Below are positions 21,276 through 34,191 of a DNA stretch of 64,000 bases, in pieces (positions within the stretch are counted from its first letter, which is position 1; each line of letters begins with the position of its first letter). The translations under genes were made by a program, and so were the position numbers. Source of the DNA: Convolutriloba macropyga. Its lineage: Eukaryota. Location: the NCBI RefSeq assembly GCF_964194025.1, contig NC_134469.1:8308001-8372000 (forward strand). Reading direction: 5' to 3'. A model generated the notes under the pieces. That model had not been told where the DNA came from and ran no database searches. It was given only the letters and a program-made list of their open reading frames with translations.

Positions 21276-24200
21276 TATGAGGGACGAAATAGGGGCGTGA
21301 CATATATGCTTATCACAGAAATCTTTAAACAAATTTTTTTAAGCGTTCCTGCGATGCCACTTGGAGCTTTTTTTGAATGGTTAGTTGAAGAGAGGACAAA
21401 TAACAATCTCGAAAACAGCAAATATGCAAAATTTACAACAGTTATTCATCAAAATAACCAATTTTTAAATAAACCATCACTTTAAAAAGTACTTTTCCCT
21501 TCTCTTGGAATACGCCCTGCATAAGTTGCGACTAAGCTACATATGGACAGTAATGAGATTGAAAAAATGACAATTTTCAAAACTTTACTGTCATTTTCCT
21601 AAAACAAACTTATTCAAAGTCATTAGATAATAAATGAAGGCGTTGTACAATCTCACTTGCAGCTTCATAAGAACCTAATTGAACTTTTAAAAAACAGGAT
21701 GTGGTCATGAGGCAGCAAAATGAATGACAAAAGAACTCAAAACAAAAATGAATTAGTTAAATTTTACTAAAATTATTCGTCATAGCCATAAAAAATATGA
21801 GCTTTTCTGTGAAGACCAACTATACTTTCATATGGCCTTATTTTGGTGTAAATTGACTGTCATTGACTGGCCCATGATTTCAAGTCATTCTAATCAGTAA
21901 CCATTAGAAGAAAAACAAAGTTGCGAAAACATTTTCAAGAAGACCGCGCTTAAATACAGTCCGAATAATTATTGATTGTAAGAATTTATCTTGAGTGCAA
22001 ACTCTGTCCTGATTTTGCCGCTGGTCCACCAAAACATTTGATTACGCCATATATTTGCCAAATAGATCAATTAGCAAAGGAAGGATTTCAATAAACTACA
22101 TATAATTCAAGCACTTACTATAATTATTAGGTTTATCTTTCGAAAAACCGGCAAAAATTTAATTCCAGAAAACTCCAATAGGAAACGAATGTACAACTAT
22201 TTTTTTTTTTTGGGGGGGGGGGGGGGGGTTCTCAAAGGTTGTGGCCTCAGATTTTAGGTCTCTACTTCCTGCAAGTTTAGACGAAGTAGGATTCAAAAGT
22301 GTAATTGGACCCTTTTTTGATTAAAAATGCATCAAAATCGAAAAATTCAGCAGAATTATTAACCCGCAAAAACTCCCGTAAACCAAATTTTTGAGTCTTC
22401 TCTATCCTTAATCGTAAAACCAACATCACTGCTTTTAAAAATATTAACAATTGTCAGTAGAATTGCCAAAAAAATTGTCAAAACTTACGGAAAATGTGAA
22501 TAAAAACAACGGAATTCACTCTACTTTTACCAAAACTTTAAACCTCGATAACTCACTAAAAACCGAAAATCAAAAAAACTTTAATGCCATATTCAACACT
22601 GGACGGGCTTTCTTATGATACCAGTCTCAACTCTCATCTATGAATATATCGATCGGCCAAAATTGTTTGAACAAAAAAAATTCCCTTTTGAGTATACTTC
22701 CTCCACCCACAAGTGGGTCGGAACAATAAATACCTTAAGACTGAACGAGTGCAAATCTTGATGACACCTAGTAAATTGTTTGCAAACTTGAATTACGCTG
22801 TATCCAGGCTTAGATCTCGACCGAAGTCAAACACCCTAACCCCCCACCTAAGACAAACCTAAAGTGCTCTGGAGCTTTTCTTCTTCTCTTAGTGTGTTCC
22901 AAATTGCTTCTCGTCATGCTGGAAAGCCATTAACAAAGAAATTAAAAAGAATTTTGTAACTAGACAGACTATCACGCGCTTCAATATGTCTCTATATTTA
23001 ACTGTACACAGACTTGCGTTTGACCAGACTACGGGATTTTGTGTGTGGACTACAGCCAGTTGCTGTAAAAACCGATTCTCTGGTCAAAGCAATGTGTGTC
23101 TAAAATTTTTTCTGTAAAAATCGAGTTGTGATCAAAATTAAACGTGTATGCTAACCTTAAATGTGGGCTAATTTAAGTGTAATTTGTTCTTTTCATGAGG
23201 ATTGACTTTTTCCAGCAAAGCATTCAACAAAGTTAAAACAAATTCAAATTTGTGAAACAAAAATCCAAAAAATTGAGAAATGAGTTTTATAAATGCCATT
23301 GCGACAAGTTGCTGGCACCCTAGTTGAAATTATACAGCTTTTTGGTAACCGATTTTTCATTCCGCAGTTGTTTTCTCCCACTTATGGAGGGGATCAGTTG
23401 TTAATAACCACTGGACAATTTAACTTCCAATTTGGCTGACTCCAATTTGTGTTATGGTTTATTGGCCACTCTTCTTTTGGATTGTGATGACAGATGTTTC
23501 AGTTTTTTATTGTTAACAGCGAATGTTAACAGATGTTATGCAGGCAGTTTTAGAGTGAGCGCAAACAGGGGCTAAAAAGTTGGTTTATGCAGTGGGTTTA
23601 AATATTAACATCTGTATAGCAAACAATAGTGAAAAACTACAAGGATTTTGGGCAATCTGAGGAGATTTGAGTTCCTTATATGGTGGTGTCAATGTGCAGA
23701 AATGTGTAGTTTTCACTTTTTTGCTTAAATTTTCTGAATTCATTGAATATATATAATATTGTACCAAAAGGCTGCGAATACAAATTTTTAAAAAGGTAAA
23801 ATTTTGAGTTGATGAAAGATTTTTAGTTGAAATCATTTCTCTAGTAACAATTCAATACGCCATTAGCTTTCTTAACAACCACAGCAGTCTTATTTTAAAG
23901 AAAATTAAGACAACATGTTCAAAATGCAGTTTTTCTTCGTTATTTTTCAGACTAGAACTGTTAGCTTGTATGAAGATATACCAAACAGTTTTGATCCATC
24001 TGATCTTATTGTACCCCCAAAACATAGAAGATCACTTGTCCAAACTCGATTTTCTGTGTGATGTTTGTGAAGAAGTCTTGTCCCATTCCATTTCCATTAT
24101 TTATCTATTTAAAAATCAACGCCGTTCTATCATAAATGAGATTGAAGAAAATCTGCGTTTTTTTTGTTTAACGATAGGAAAATTGACTTGATTATTTTCT

Positions 24201-24413
24201 GCCTCTTTGCGTTGATAACCGCATTCCTACACATTATAATTTGAAAATTTTTGACCCACTGACTTATTCAATAACTGATGTTTTATTCGATAGTTGAACG
24301 TGCGAAAGCATTGAAGTTAATAAATCGTAATTAGCCACCAAACGGTTTAATTAATCTATCTGTCGTTAATGCAAGTATAAAAAAACGCAACTCTGCTATC
24401 TCTGCTATCTCAT

Positions 24414-24613
24414 NNNNNNNNNNNNNNNNNNNNNNNNNNNNNNNNNNNNNNNNNNNNNNNNNNNNNNNNNNNNNNNNNNNNNNNNNNNNNNNNNNNNNNN
24501 NNNNNNNNNNNNNNNNNNNNNNNNNNNNNNNNNNNNNNNNNNNNNNNNNNNNNNNNNNNNNNNNNNNNNNNNNNNNNNNNNNNNNNNNNNNNNNNNNNNN
24601 NNNNNNNNNNNNN
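24414..24613. other. assembly gap (200 N)
   Basis: run of n. Confidence 1.
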
Positions 24614-25565
24614 GTAGCTATGCATGAAGTGCACTTAGATATATCGAAGTAACGTCTGCAGAGCCAAGTAACCTTGTTTAATACACGCAACTAGCAAGTT
24701 TGAAAATGCCGAAAGTATATGGAACTCAAATTAAAAATACTCACTTGTACGTTTTAAAATGCCCAAATTCTGTAGTGCCAGAATTTAGAATGCCAGAAGT
24801 TCATACTTAGCCAGAAGTTGACTTCCGTCGACTTTCTTCCTTTTGAAACATGCTCGTTTGTGTTTTAAAAATGATTACTTCACTCAGCAGAGATCACTTC
24901 GGAATTCTGACATAATATCTCGAACTGCTGCGCGGTTCTCGATAAACGCCAGGGGGTCTCAGTTACTTCAAGCAGAGTCACGTCCCAGGTTGACCACCCT
25001 AGAGGACCACCTTATTAGTCTTGACATGGCATTAGCACGGCACCTTGTAAATCTTAGTACGGCCGTAGTACGGTGCCTTAGGAAACTTGACAAGTCTTAG
25101 TACGGTTTTTTTCTAAGACTTATACGGTGCCGTAGTAAGGCCTTAGTAAGTTTTCCAAGTCTGGTCAAACTGGGGTAACCATTATTTCTGGCTATGCATA
25201 TATGGCAACTTTTGGCATTTTGACTTCTGGCATTGCAGGCATGTCACGTGTATGTTTTAATAAAACTTTGCTTATGTGGTTTGGAAATTCGGGTAAGATT
25301 TTAATATCACGCGGTTTCTTATCGGCATCGAGAAGCTATCAAACTCCGGGGCGTAGCCGAGTTCTTTAGTAAAGGCGAGAGGGCATCAAAATTCATTTCC
25401 TTCTTCCATCACAAATTTAAGCTATACGAGCAAAATTTTTATGTAACTGTTGTAATCGCAACGAGAGTTGATCAAAAAAAATTATGATCCAATAAATCAT
25501 ATTATCAAAATTGTATCAAAATTTAATTTTGTTTTTTGATTTTCTGTTCTGTTTTTATTAGTTTT

Positions 25566-25750
25566 TCAACTATACAGCATCATCATCCTGTTAATCCAGG
25601 CGATGTGTGGCTGGATCCGGGCGAAGAAACTACCATCGTTGCATCTCTCGTTCAACTCATAACGAGACCTGGAATTGGATCTGTTTCTGGATTGGAAATA
25701 GGAAGCCACCCCGTACAGACACTTAGCTTGTCCGCGTAAAGTTGAGGAAC
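25566..25750 (-). CDS. trypsin-like serine protease homolog A, last exon
   Basis: tttag|GT phase-1 acceptor; SSTLRGQAKCLYGVASYF...CNDGSFFARIQPHIAWINRMM* (chymotrypsin-fold C-terminus); paralogous to 54661-54878. Confidence 0.8.
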
Positions 25751-25882
25751 CTAAACAAGTCGTTACATAGATCATTTTTAAGAATATTAGAAATGACAAA
25801 AATGTATACCATTTGCTGTGGACGCTTTGATAAAAAAATTGACTGCATCTCAGGTCCGGTCTATCTTGACCCTAGTCGAGAC

Positions 25883-25981
25883 CTGGAATTTATGAAAAGA
25901 CCTATTAACTCCAGGCTGGAATTTATGAAAAGACCTATTAACTCCAGGCTGGAATTTATGAAAAGACCTATTAACTCCAGG
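25883..25981. repeat. 33-bp tandem repeat x3 (intronic)
   Basis: ctggaatttatgaaaagacctattaactccagg repeated head to tail. Confidence 0.95.
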
Positions 25982-27156
25982 TGGGGGGGGGGGGGGTAAA
26001 TATTGAGTTAAATTACACGGTCGAGGACCCTAGTTAAATTCGAGGCTAATTCTTTCCATAAGTGCAGCCAATTTCTTTTCATATGCAAAAATGAGGCAAA
26101 CTAGAAAGTTCCGACAACATCTGGGTTCGATGAACTTGATGAACTTGATAAAAAGGGAAAACCTAAAACTGAAAAGTATCTTCGTTATGATTCCAATTTT
26201 ATCCAGTCCTGAGAATTCTGCAGCCATGTAGGGCAAGAAAAACTCTTAACCCCTAAAAGTTGAGAAAACCAAGCAGTAGTGTGTAAGGTTGGCTCAGAAA
26301 GATTTTATTGAGAAACTTTTTTGGGATATGGAAAAGATCAGCCTCGGGCACTTTTGTTTGTCCGAGGCTGACCTTGTTTGTTTTTCCAATTTTGTTTGTC
26401 CGAGGCTGACCTTTTTGTTTGTTTATTCACTCTTGTTTGTCCGAGGGAGTTCTTCAACCGCTATCAGCATTTCAAAAGAAGCGGCAGATCTAGTATGCAG
26501 CTTATGGAGCATATTGACAGAAAACTCTAGAGTTGCTGAACGACGACAACTGACTTTTTTTGCCAAAATCTTGCTTAAATCAGGATAAGAAAACCACTAA
26601 TGGAACATATACAAAACTTGGCTGCTTAATTAGGCGCACTTGGATTAAGAAAAAAATCAGAAAGGGTTAACTAACACAATTGACCAATAATTTAAAACAC
26701 GAAAAGCCATGAAATCAAATTTGTAAATAATAACAAAGAAAATCGGAAAACTTTGATGGTGCTTCCCATTAAAGTTCCCACTGTGCTATTGCCCATCGAG
26801 TTTTCTCCAAGTCCTCGTTGATGGTTTTCATTCTGTTCAGCTCAAAAACAGACAAAAATCTATAATGTCCGTGGTAAATGCAGATTTGAAGCCCATTATG
26901 TTCATGCTAAGTTCAGAATTGTACTCTGAATTTTACCATGAAATGTTTAATAAGTGCCATGATCAGAACTCTGGTCATAGAAAAAAATCATAATTAAATT
27001 TTCATGATTCAGTACTGAAATATTATGAGACTGAGATCCGGGAGCCCGTTGTGAAATAATTACGGAAGTTGGGGGGGGGGGGGCTATATATGTTATATGA
27101 CCACTAAGCTTGGGAGAGGGGGAGGGGGGGGGGGCGAATTTTATTTTGGAACCAAC

Positions 27157-27396
27157 CTCGAATGCGCGGCCATTGGGTATCTGCACAGCTGTTCACGACG
27201 TACAGTGGACTTCCCTCGTCTTTGTAGCATATGTTGCTTCCTGGGATGATACTTTGTGTACAAATGACGTCATCAGGGCAAGGGGCTACGGGTTCACGAG
27301 GGGGTATGTACCGTACTGGGAAAGCTTCACATGTCAATCGGATATGTTTTGTCTCAACAAGGTACGCTTCTAGTAATCTCAGCGGAAAGTACGGAA
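27157..27396 (-). CDS. serine protease homolog A, exon with degenerate active-site motif
   Basis: aaacag| ... |gttggt, 240 bp, phase 1-1; PYFPLRLLEAYLV...DDVICT...NICYKDEGSPL (GDSGGPL equivalent). Confidence 0.8.
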
Positions 27397-28716
27397 CTGT
27401 TTAGAGGTAGTTTGCACATTTTCAACAATTATTTTGAGAATAACTTATTTTTAGGATAACTGCGATTTGATTCCTTTCCTAATCAAAAACTTCTCAAGAA
27501 AGGGAAAAGTAACACCTTTTGCAATGTTCTCAGATAAAATGTACCCGCAACATTTCCCGCAAAAGTCTTGAAAGAAACGAACGGGTGGCTTGCAAGGTTC
27601 TTGTATTTGATGATACAATTTCAAAAAATTATTACAAGACTCTTCTTTGACCTATGCAAAGCCTTGAGAATTATCAGTCCTTGCCCGACCAATGAGTGAC
27701 CAATGCACTGATGAGGTTTCTTTGATTCCTAACCATTGTCATTTAAGATTTTTTTGTCCATACTTATTTTCAGTAGTCTCAGTACTGTCATATTATAGAA
27801 CCCGGGAGATCAAATGTAATTCTTTGATGACATATCAGATTAAATATTTCACCCCCTTCAAGTGGCAAAAGAACCCGTTAATGAATACTCACTCGAAAGA
27901 AATCAAACACAAAGAAAGTTTATGTTCCTTTTATGAGATCTAAGATCTCACGTATGATTCTTGTACGAAACATTAAATTTCCTTCACGATCCTAACGCAA
28001 TACCAGGAAATCACATTTGACCTCTACAAAAGACCAAAGAAATATTTTTATTTTTGTAGGATGATACAAAACAGGCTATTGAATAAATATGACGGCATGT
28101 AATATCACAATAATCATATAAGTTGTAGGAACCTATGAAACCAAGCTTGATTCCAACTAAGAACTACTTACTTTATTGATAAAATCATTTAGTCTAAACG
28201 TTCTTATTTTGCCGTTATAAAGTTTTTTGAATTATGCATTATCTTTACATGTTTGACCCGTAACATTTCATTGAAAACCAAGTTATTTCACACTTTTTGC
28301 TCAGTCAAAAACCATATAATCTATTCAATTTCAACCATTTTTGTTTAATCCTTCTATGAGTTTTAGGGATACATACGCCTCATATTTGATTGCAAATGTA
28401 GTGAAGAGTAAATGCATGACTACTCAAAAAACGTACAAGTGATATATAACATAGTATTGACCAATCAAAAGTCCTGAATTGAATATTTGGTTCAAGATAA
28501 ATTCGACTCCAACTAAAATCCAGTTGTTCCCTAAAATCGAGCGGAAGTCATTTTCGGATTGAGCACGGTATATCCATGCAGTTTTTTTTTATCGAGCGTG
28601 GTTTTTTTCAAAAGTTAAGTTCTTGTCTGGGCAGATCTCACCAGACTTGTAGAAGACGCAGGGTATGATGAAGAGTATTTTTTTTTAAATTCTTTGTTAA
28701 ATAACTGAAAATGTGC

Positions 28717-28871
28717 CTGTTCTGTTTTTGGTACCCATTCCGCATGTGGCAATTTTGGTTCCGATGTCGAAAGAGTTCCAGCATAAAGGAATCCGTCTCC
28801 ACCTCTCTTCAATTGGGTCTGCAAGCCGTAGAATTGCAACATCATTGATAGGTTTTTCGGCGTATCGGTAT
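28717..28871 (-). CDS. serine protease homolog A, exon with NDVAILRL and CGMG (GWG-equivalent) motifs
   Basis: ttttag| acceptor; YRYAEKPINDVAILRLADP...IPLC...IATCGMGTKNRT; 3' boundary inferred at a GC donor. Confidence 0.75.
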
Positions 28872-31800
28872 CTAAAACTAATAGCCGTATGTTCTCAGAT
28901 TTAACAAGACTGCTTTCTCATGCATTCATACACAAAACATTACTTTGCAATTAGAAGCTTTACCAAACCTGTTTATTAGCACTTGAGTCACTTTTCCGCA
29001 ATATATTTTAATAACGCACCAAAATCGTGTGTGCTAAAGATTGGTCAGGTTTTCAACTTTTCATCATATCTGCTACTTTTTTAAATTTATTTTGAATTCC
29101 TAAATTCAATTATCATATGGCTTGGCAAGATAATCTTAGTCAACTTTATCAGTTGAAAGTCATAATCCAAGTTTGGCATCAAAGCAACTCTCAGATTAAT
29201 GGCCCCTCGTCGCTGATGATGATTTATTATGTTAATCAAAACCCACACAATCGGGTTTTTGATTGGAATAGTATAACCCACACAATCTGATTTTCAATTG
29301 GGATACTGAAAACCACACAATAAGAGGTCATGAGATATTAAGGACGCTTTTTTTTGCTTGCAAAACTGGCTCACAGGTCTGCAATTCTTGCTATCAACAT
29401 TATAGCGTTTCCAGCATTATTTTGACTGAGCTGGTATAGCTTGAGCTGGTTTTAGTGATAGACAGACAGCAACTATTTTTTCTGAGGCTTTTTGATGATG
29501 TAACTGCAGGGCAAGCGTGGAATGTTATAATTAAAAAATTGTTATGTTCTGATCGGCCACGATTACGAAACCTAGTAAATGAACTCATTGTTTTTTTTTA
29601 AAAGGTGGCGGAAGAATCTAATACAAAACATAACTAAAAGGAGTGAACTATAAAATGAACTAACTCCATTCAATTAAAGTCTGAGAGAGTCAGTTCTTGC
29701 AAGAAATCTCATTCAATGTCTCCTGAAGATAATTTGCTACAATCGTCGAGTACTATGTTGAGGATCAGTTCCATTGAACCGGAATCACTTTGGCAGTGAC
29801 CGCAAAATATTGAAGAAGAATAAAAATATTGCTCAGGAAATTTTTCTTTGCTTAAGTGGAAAAATCTCAAAGCAAGCCATATTGCTCATTTTTTTTCAAT
29901 TGAATTCCGGAATAGCTCCAAATTTGAAATTCCGGCTGCCAAGCATCAAAAAAGTTGTTCAATGCCACAATTCAAGAAAAAGCGACTAACTGCAACAGCT
30001 GAAAATTGCTAGAGAAACCAGGTGTAGTAGGGGTGTTAATTGGATGCGTAGTATAGAGACAGCTTGAGTTTTCATTAGATGTTGAATAGTGGCTTATTTT
30101 GGAATCTAATCTTGTAAGTAACATGATAAAAGACAGGCATTTGTTTTTAAAACCAGAATCAATCTTCTCGGCAAAAGCGCAGAATGCTAGTGAAAGAGAA
30201 TCAGATGATTGTGGTACGGAATCACTCCCGTCATAGTGAAACAGTTTACCAAAAAATTGAATTATGCTCTCAAAAAAACTTCATCAAAATTTTGCAGATT
30301 CAGGCCAACCTCAAACTTTGATAGCATATGGTGGTAAAAAGTATGCTGCAAACAATTTTTAAAAGTTTTCTGAAAAAAAAAACGGATTGAAACTCAAGTT
30401 GTCCCCGGAAAACGGAAAGATTAAGATACGTTGAACAATATCGTAGAAAAATCAAGTTATTTATGAAATCAAGCGTGTTTAAACAAAATTGGGGAAATAC
30501 TCACTAATCGTCTCATTTTATCTGATAATACTTTGCTTTCGTTCTGCATTAATAAACTCACATGAAACCGTAAATCGCGAATAAACAACCTCACAGTCAT
30601 GACAATTTTTGGTTACGTTGCCTACACATATGTAGAGATACAGTTTAGATTTAAAATTGAGAGAAAATTTAGAAAATACAAAGCTTTTTTTGCTCATGCA
30701 CTTGGAAGTGGAAAAAGATTTGAAAATGTGTTTGGTGCAATAAAAAGGTGCAAAAAGTGAAATATCAGACTCGATGAGAAGAAGTTTGTCCTTATAGAGC
30801 ATGACGTGTCCTGAAACTTTGAAAAGAAAAAAGGATAAACGAGCAAAATAGAACTCTTCGGCCAATTGTTGTCTAAAATCTTATGCTCAAAACTCACGAG
30901 AGGGTCTTGAAAATATACATCGGAAGCAATCAATGCACAATGAGTTAAGCATTCTAAAAAGAGAAAAACTTCTGAGATAGTTGAAGAAAAACGGAGAAGA
31001 TATAATAGGCGGAAACTTGCAGTTTGAAGTCAAGTATGAAACAGACGGACAGATTAACAGGTATGAGACAAGGTAAGTGGATTACAGAATAATATCAAGT
31101 AAAAATTTTTCTTGATACATATTAACCTTCGATATGGCTTCATACAATTAAAAGACTGGTCGGCCTGTAAACCGACTACAATTTCAAGCAAAAAGATATC
31201 AAAATCTCAGGTCTTGATGCCACAATAGTTATGGTTCGTGATATGAAAAAACCAAAAGGATTAATTAAAGGTACAACTTGATCAGAAATAATACTAACCA
31301 GTGAAAAATCCAGAGAAGGGAGGAATGATGAACGAAAGCATTAAAAAACGGTGACATAATTCCTAAAACGTGTTTAAACTATTTGGCATGTTTTAATAGA
31401 CTATTAATAGTTTTTACTGTAAATATTTTGTGTTTAGTCGTTGAATATTCAGGAGATTAACACTAGAAAGCAGGAAAATGACTTGGGAGATACCGGAAAG
31501 ATCACTGTCAAGAGTTGAGTTTACAGGCTGGGAACTAATACTACATTGTAATGGTTCTCGAATGCTTATTAGATATAAAACTTGGACCCCACTAAAATTA
31601 CTTTTGAGTTTTTCTTCAAACTTGAAAGTGACTCATCTATTCGGGGTGCGTCTACAAATGTTCAATTATCAAATGCATAGGCTTAATTGAATTGATATAT
31701 TGACGAGACAAGGAATTTACTCATTTGGGAAGTTTTATCAGAGGTTAATCTGTACCCGAGTTTTATAGGCCTATTGGAATTTCAGTCGATAATTGTGCGT

Positions 31801-33692
31801 GCATGGGGTTGATTAAGCAGTTTATTCGTTATGGAAAAAGAGAACAATTTACCCTCAAATCTCATTTCACAACAGATCTTGTTGACTGCGAAGAACTGTG
31901 ATGGAAGTATCTGCAGAGGGATAACATTATAGCAAATTAACTTATAAAAATTTAGGAAAAACAGGATACCCAAAGTTTTTGTTCAGCAGTTGTTGATGAC
32001 ACCGAGAACAAAAAAGAGGTGAAAGAATCAAATGATTTCCGTTTAGCTTTTGAATTTTGATTCCGAATTAGAGTTTGTGGCTACAGCCTTTAATCTATGA
32101 TTGTTGTAATGTGTTGCGATATATCACTATCGAATAGCAACAAATACTGCTGTCGAATCAATTAGTGCGTGATACGTTTCTTCGGTGTCACGCTAGTGAA
32201 AATGGCAGACGTACCAAAATATAGAAAATTTACTGGTGGCCAATCACAATTGAGAAAATAGGAATATTGTTTTCCGATTGGCTGATTGCTTAACAAATTC
32301 TCCACGTTTTAAAATAGGATATGCGTGATAACGAAAAATTTCTCAGAAATAGCGATAAGCCGAAATAGAATAATTATAATTTTTTGGGGGAAACTGGTCT
32401 CACGTTCGGTTGTGATAGATTCATATCAAGTCCAACGGGCCACTGAGGCATGGCCATGGCCCGCGAGGCATGACCAGATGCGGTAAAATAATATAATCTA
32501 GCATTCGGCTATGTCCAATTTAGGCTAATTGAACGCATAGAGGTACAGTGTTTTGAATTTCTGGACCAATCACATTCGTTGAAATTTCTCCATTTTGGTA
32601 CGTCTATTTGTTTAGACGTCACCGGACAATTTACCCAATGCCATTATACTCAATGTACTTTGATATTTTCGTTCAATAATCCGACGGCAAATTAGCAGTC
32701 GCTGTTATCCGTATGTTTTAACATACTTAATGGCCATGCCTCAGCGGCCCGTGGGACTTGATATGAAGCTATCACAACCGAACATGGGATTAAATTATCC
32801 GCTTGGCTTGTTAAATCATACGTGTCAGAGCTTTTTTCTGCTAATTAGTACTCGGATTATGGAACGAAAATATCAATGTGAATTGGGTATAATGGCATTG
32901 GGTATTTTTGCATTGGGTATAATGGCATTGGGTAAATTGTCATGTAACCGTTTCTTCAACGCTAGTCGAGTTTAATGAGATCCTTTCCGCACTGTCAGTA
33001 CTGTTTATTTGGTCCCATTACAAATTTAGTGATATTTCATAGGACGTTATTATATTTTTTTAACGTGCTTGGGGTTTGGGAAAGTTCAATCCGCACCAGT
33101 ATGGATCTGAAAGACATGTTTAATTAAAATAAAAGAACGTATCATATAAGTTCCCGTTCTCAGCTTCCCACGAACCTAATTTTAAATTTTTGTTTCGAGG
33201 GCCAGTCGAGTTAAAATTACAGGTGTACGTCAAGGGATGGCTGCAAAGAAGGAATTGTTGTTTGATCTGCTCTGTGGCGCCCCTCCCTTCATGTACCCTC
33301 TCTGATATTTATCTTTTACGCCTCCACTCTCTCATTATCGGTGCACTTTTGACTTGTCGGCCCACCACCTCATTCATGCACACGCTCCCCTGGTGTTTCT
33401 GTGACTCCCACTTACAAATTATATGTGATTATATAGAAAGTTTTGTAAAAAAATCAGCATGTGAGCCTGAGGGGCGTAAAAGTTCTATACAGAATAGATC
33501 CGCAATTTTTGCAAATGGCCTCTGCTATTTAGCAGCTGCTTATTTGAAACTGGCGAATAAATGATTTTGGGCAGAGTATATTCAATATCGGATCTTTTCC
33601 GTTAGCCAATCCCCTCCCCCCCCCCCCCCCCCAGTACGTTATGCTCCCTCCAATTACAAAGATAGCCGAGAGGTAAGGTGTGTGGTGCACAC

Positions 33693-34048
33693 GCCCCGTG
33701 ATAGCCGAGAGGTAAGGTGTGTGATTGACACGCCAATGATTGAGAGTTCAATCCCCTGCCTCCGTGAAGCTGTCTGTGTGAGGATGAGCTCTTACTTAAC
33801 CATAGCGTCAGGTTGACCATAGCCTGACCAATGTTGGCTGCAATGATGGTACCACATGAAAAGTTTCAGACGCAAAAAAAAGTGGCTATAGTCAACAAAA
33901 AAGAGCAATGCTGCTCATGAAAAGATCAGTCTGAAATGTGGGGAATAATAAGAAAAAGGGTAGCTGAAAACAGGCATTTGTAGGCCTAATGCTGCTCCAC
34001 TGCGATTACGCAGAAACCACAATTATTATTAATTATTATTATTATTAA
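33693..34048 (+). mobile_element. tRNA-derived SINE with (ATT)n tail
   Basis: A box TAGCCGAGAGG, B box GTTCAATCCC, ~280-bp body, attattatt tail at 34021-34047; 24-bp head duplicated just upstream (33661). Confidence 0.75.
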
Positions 34049-34073
34049 TGTAGGCGTAGATTAAGCGTCTTAC

Positions 34074-34191
34074 CCTGGCACAGTGTACCACGTGACCACT
34101 CTGTGATGTTTTGTGTTGTTGTTATCTTCTAGTGTTGTAAATCTGCTGAAATCACCCACCTCAGCTAACAAGTCACTCGTCCAGACGTTAT
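34074..34191 (-). CDS. serine protease homolog A, upstream exon
   Basis: cag|...|gtaag, 118 bp, phase 1-2; NVWTSDLLAEVGDF...HRVVTWYTVPG joins in frame to the next exon; paralogous to 62032-62146. Confidence 0.8.

Noticed and set aside
25883-25981. 33-bp repeats with inverted ends (ctgga...tccag), superficially CRISPR-like
   Set aside because: Head-to-tail with no spacers, no cas genes, inside a eukaryotic intron: a minisatellite.
28642-28716. Stop-codon readthrough or recoding extending the paralog A exon to a GTGAG donor
   Set aside because: Needs two in-frame TAA codons, breaks trypsin spacing and has no equivalent in paralog B; TAA is a normal stop elsewhere in the window.
29380-30000. 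Possible LINE endonuclease remnant on the minus strand
   Set aside because: Motif-like traces are in inconsistent order and too degenerate to support.
33693-33770. tRNA gene
   Set aside because: A and B boxes are present but the cloverleaf stems are poor, and it continues into a body with an (ATT)n tail, so it is called a SINE head.
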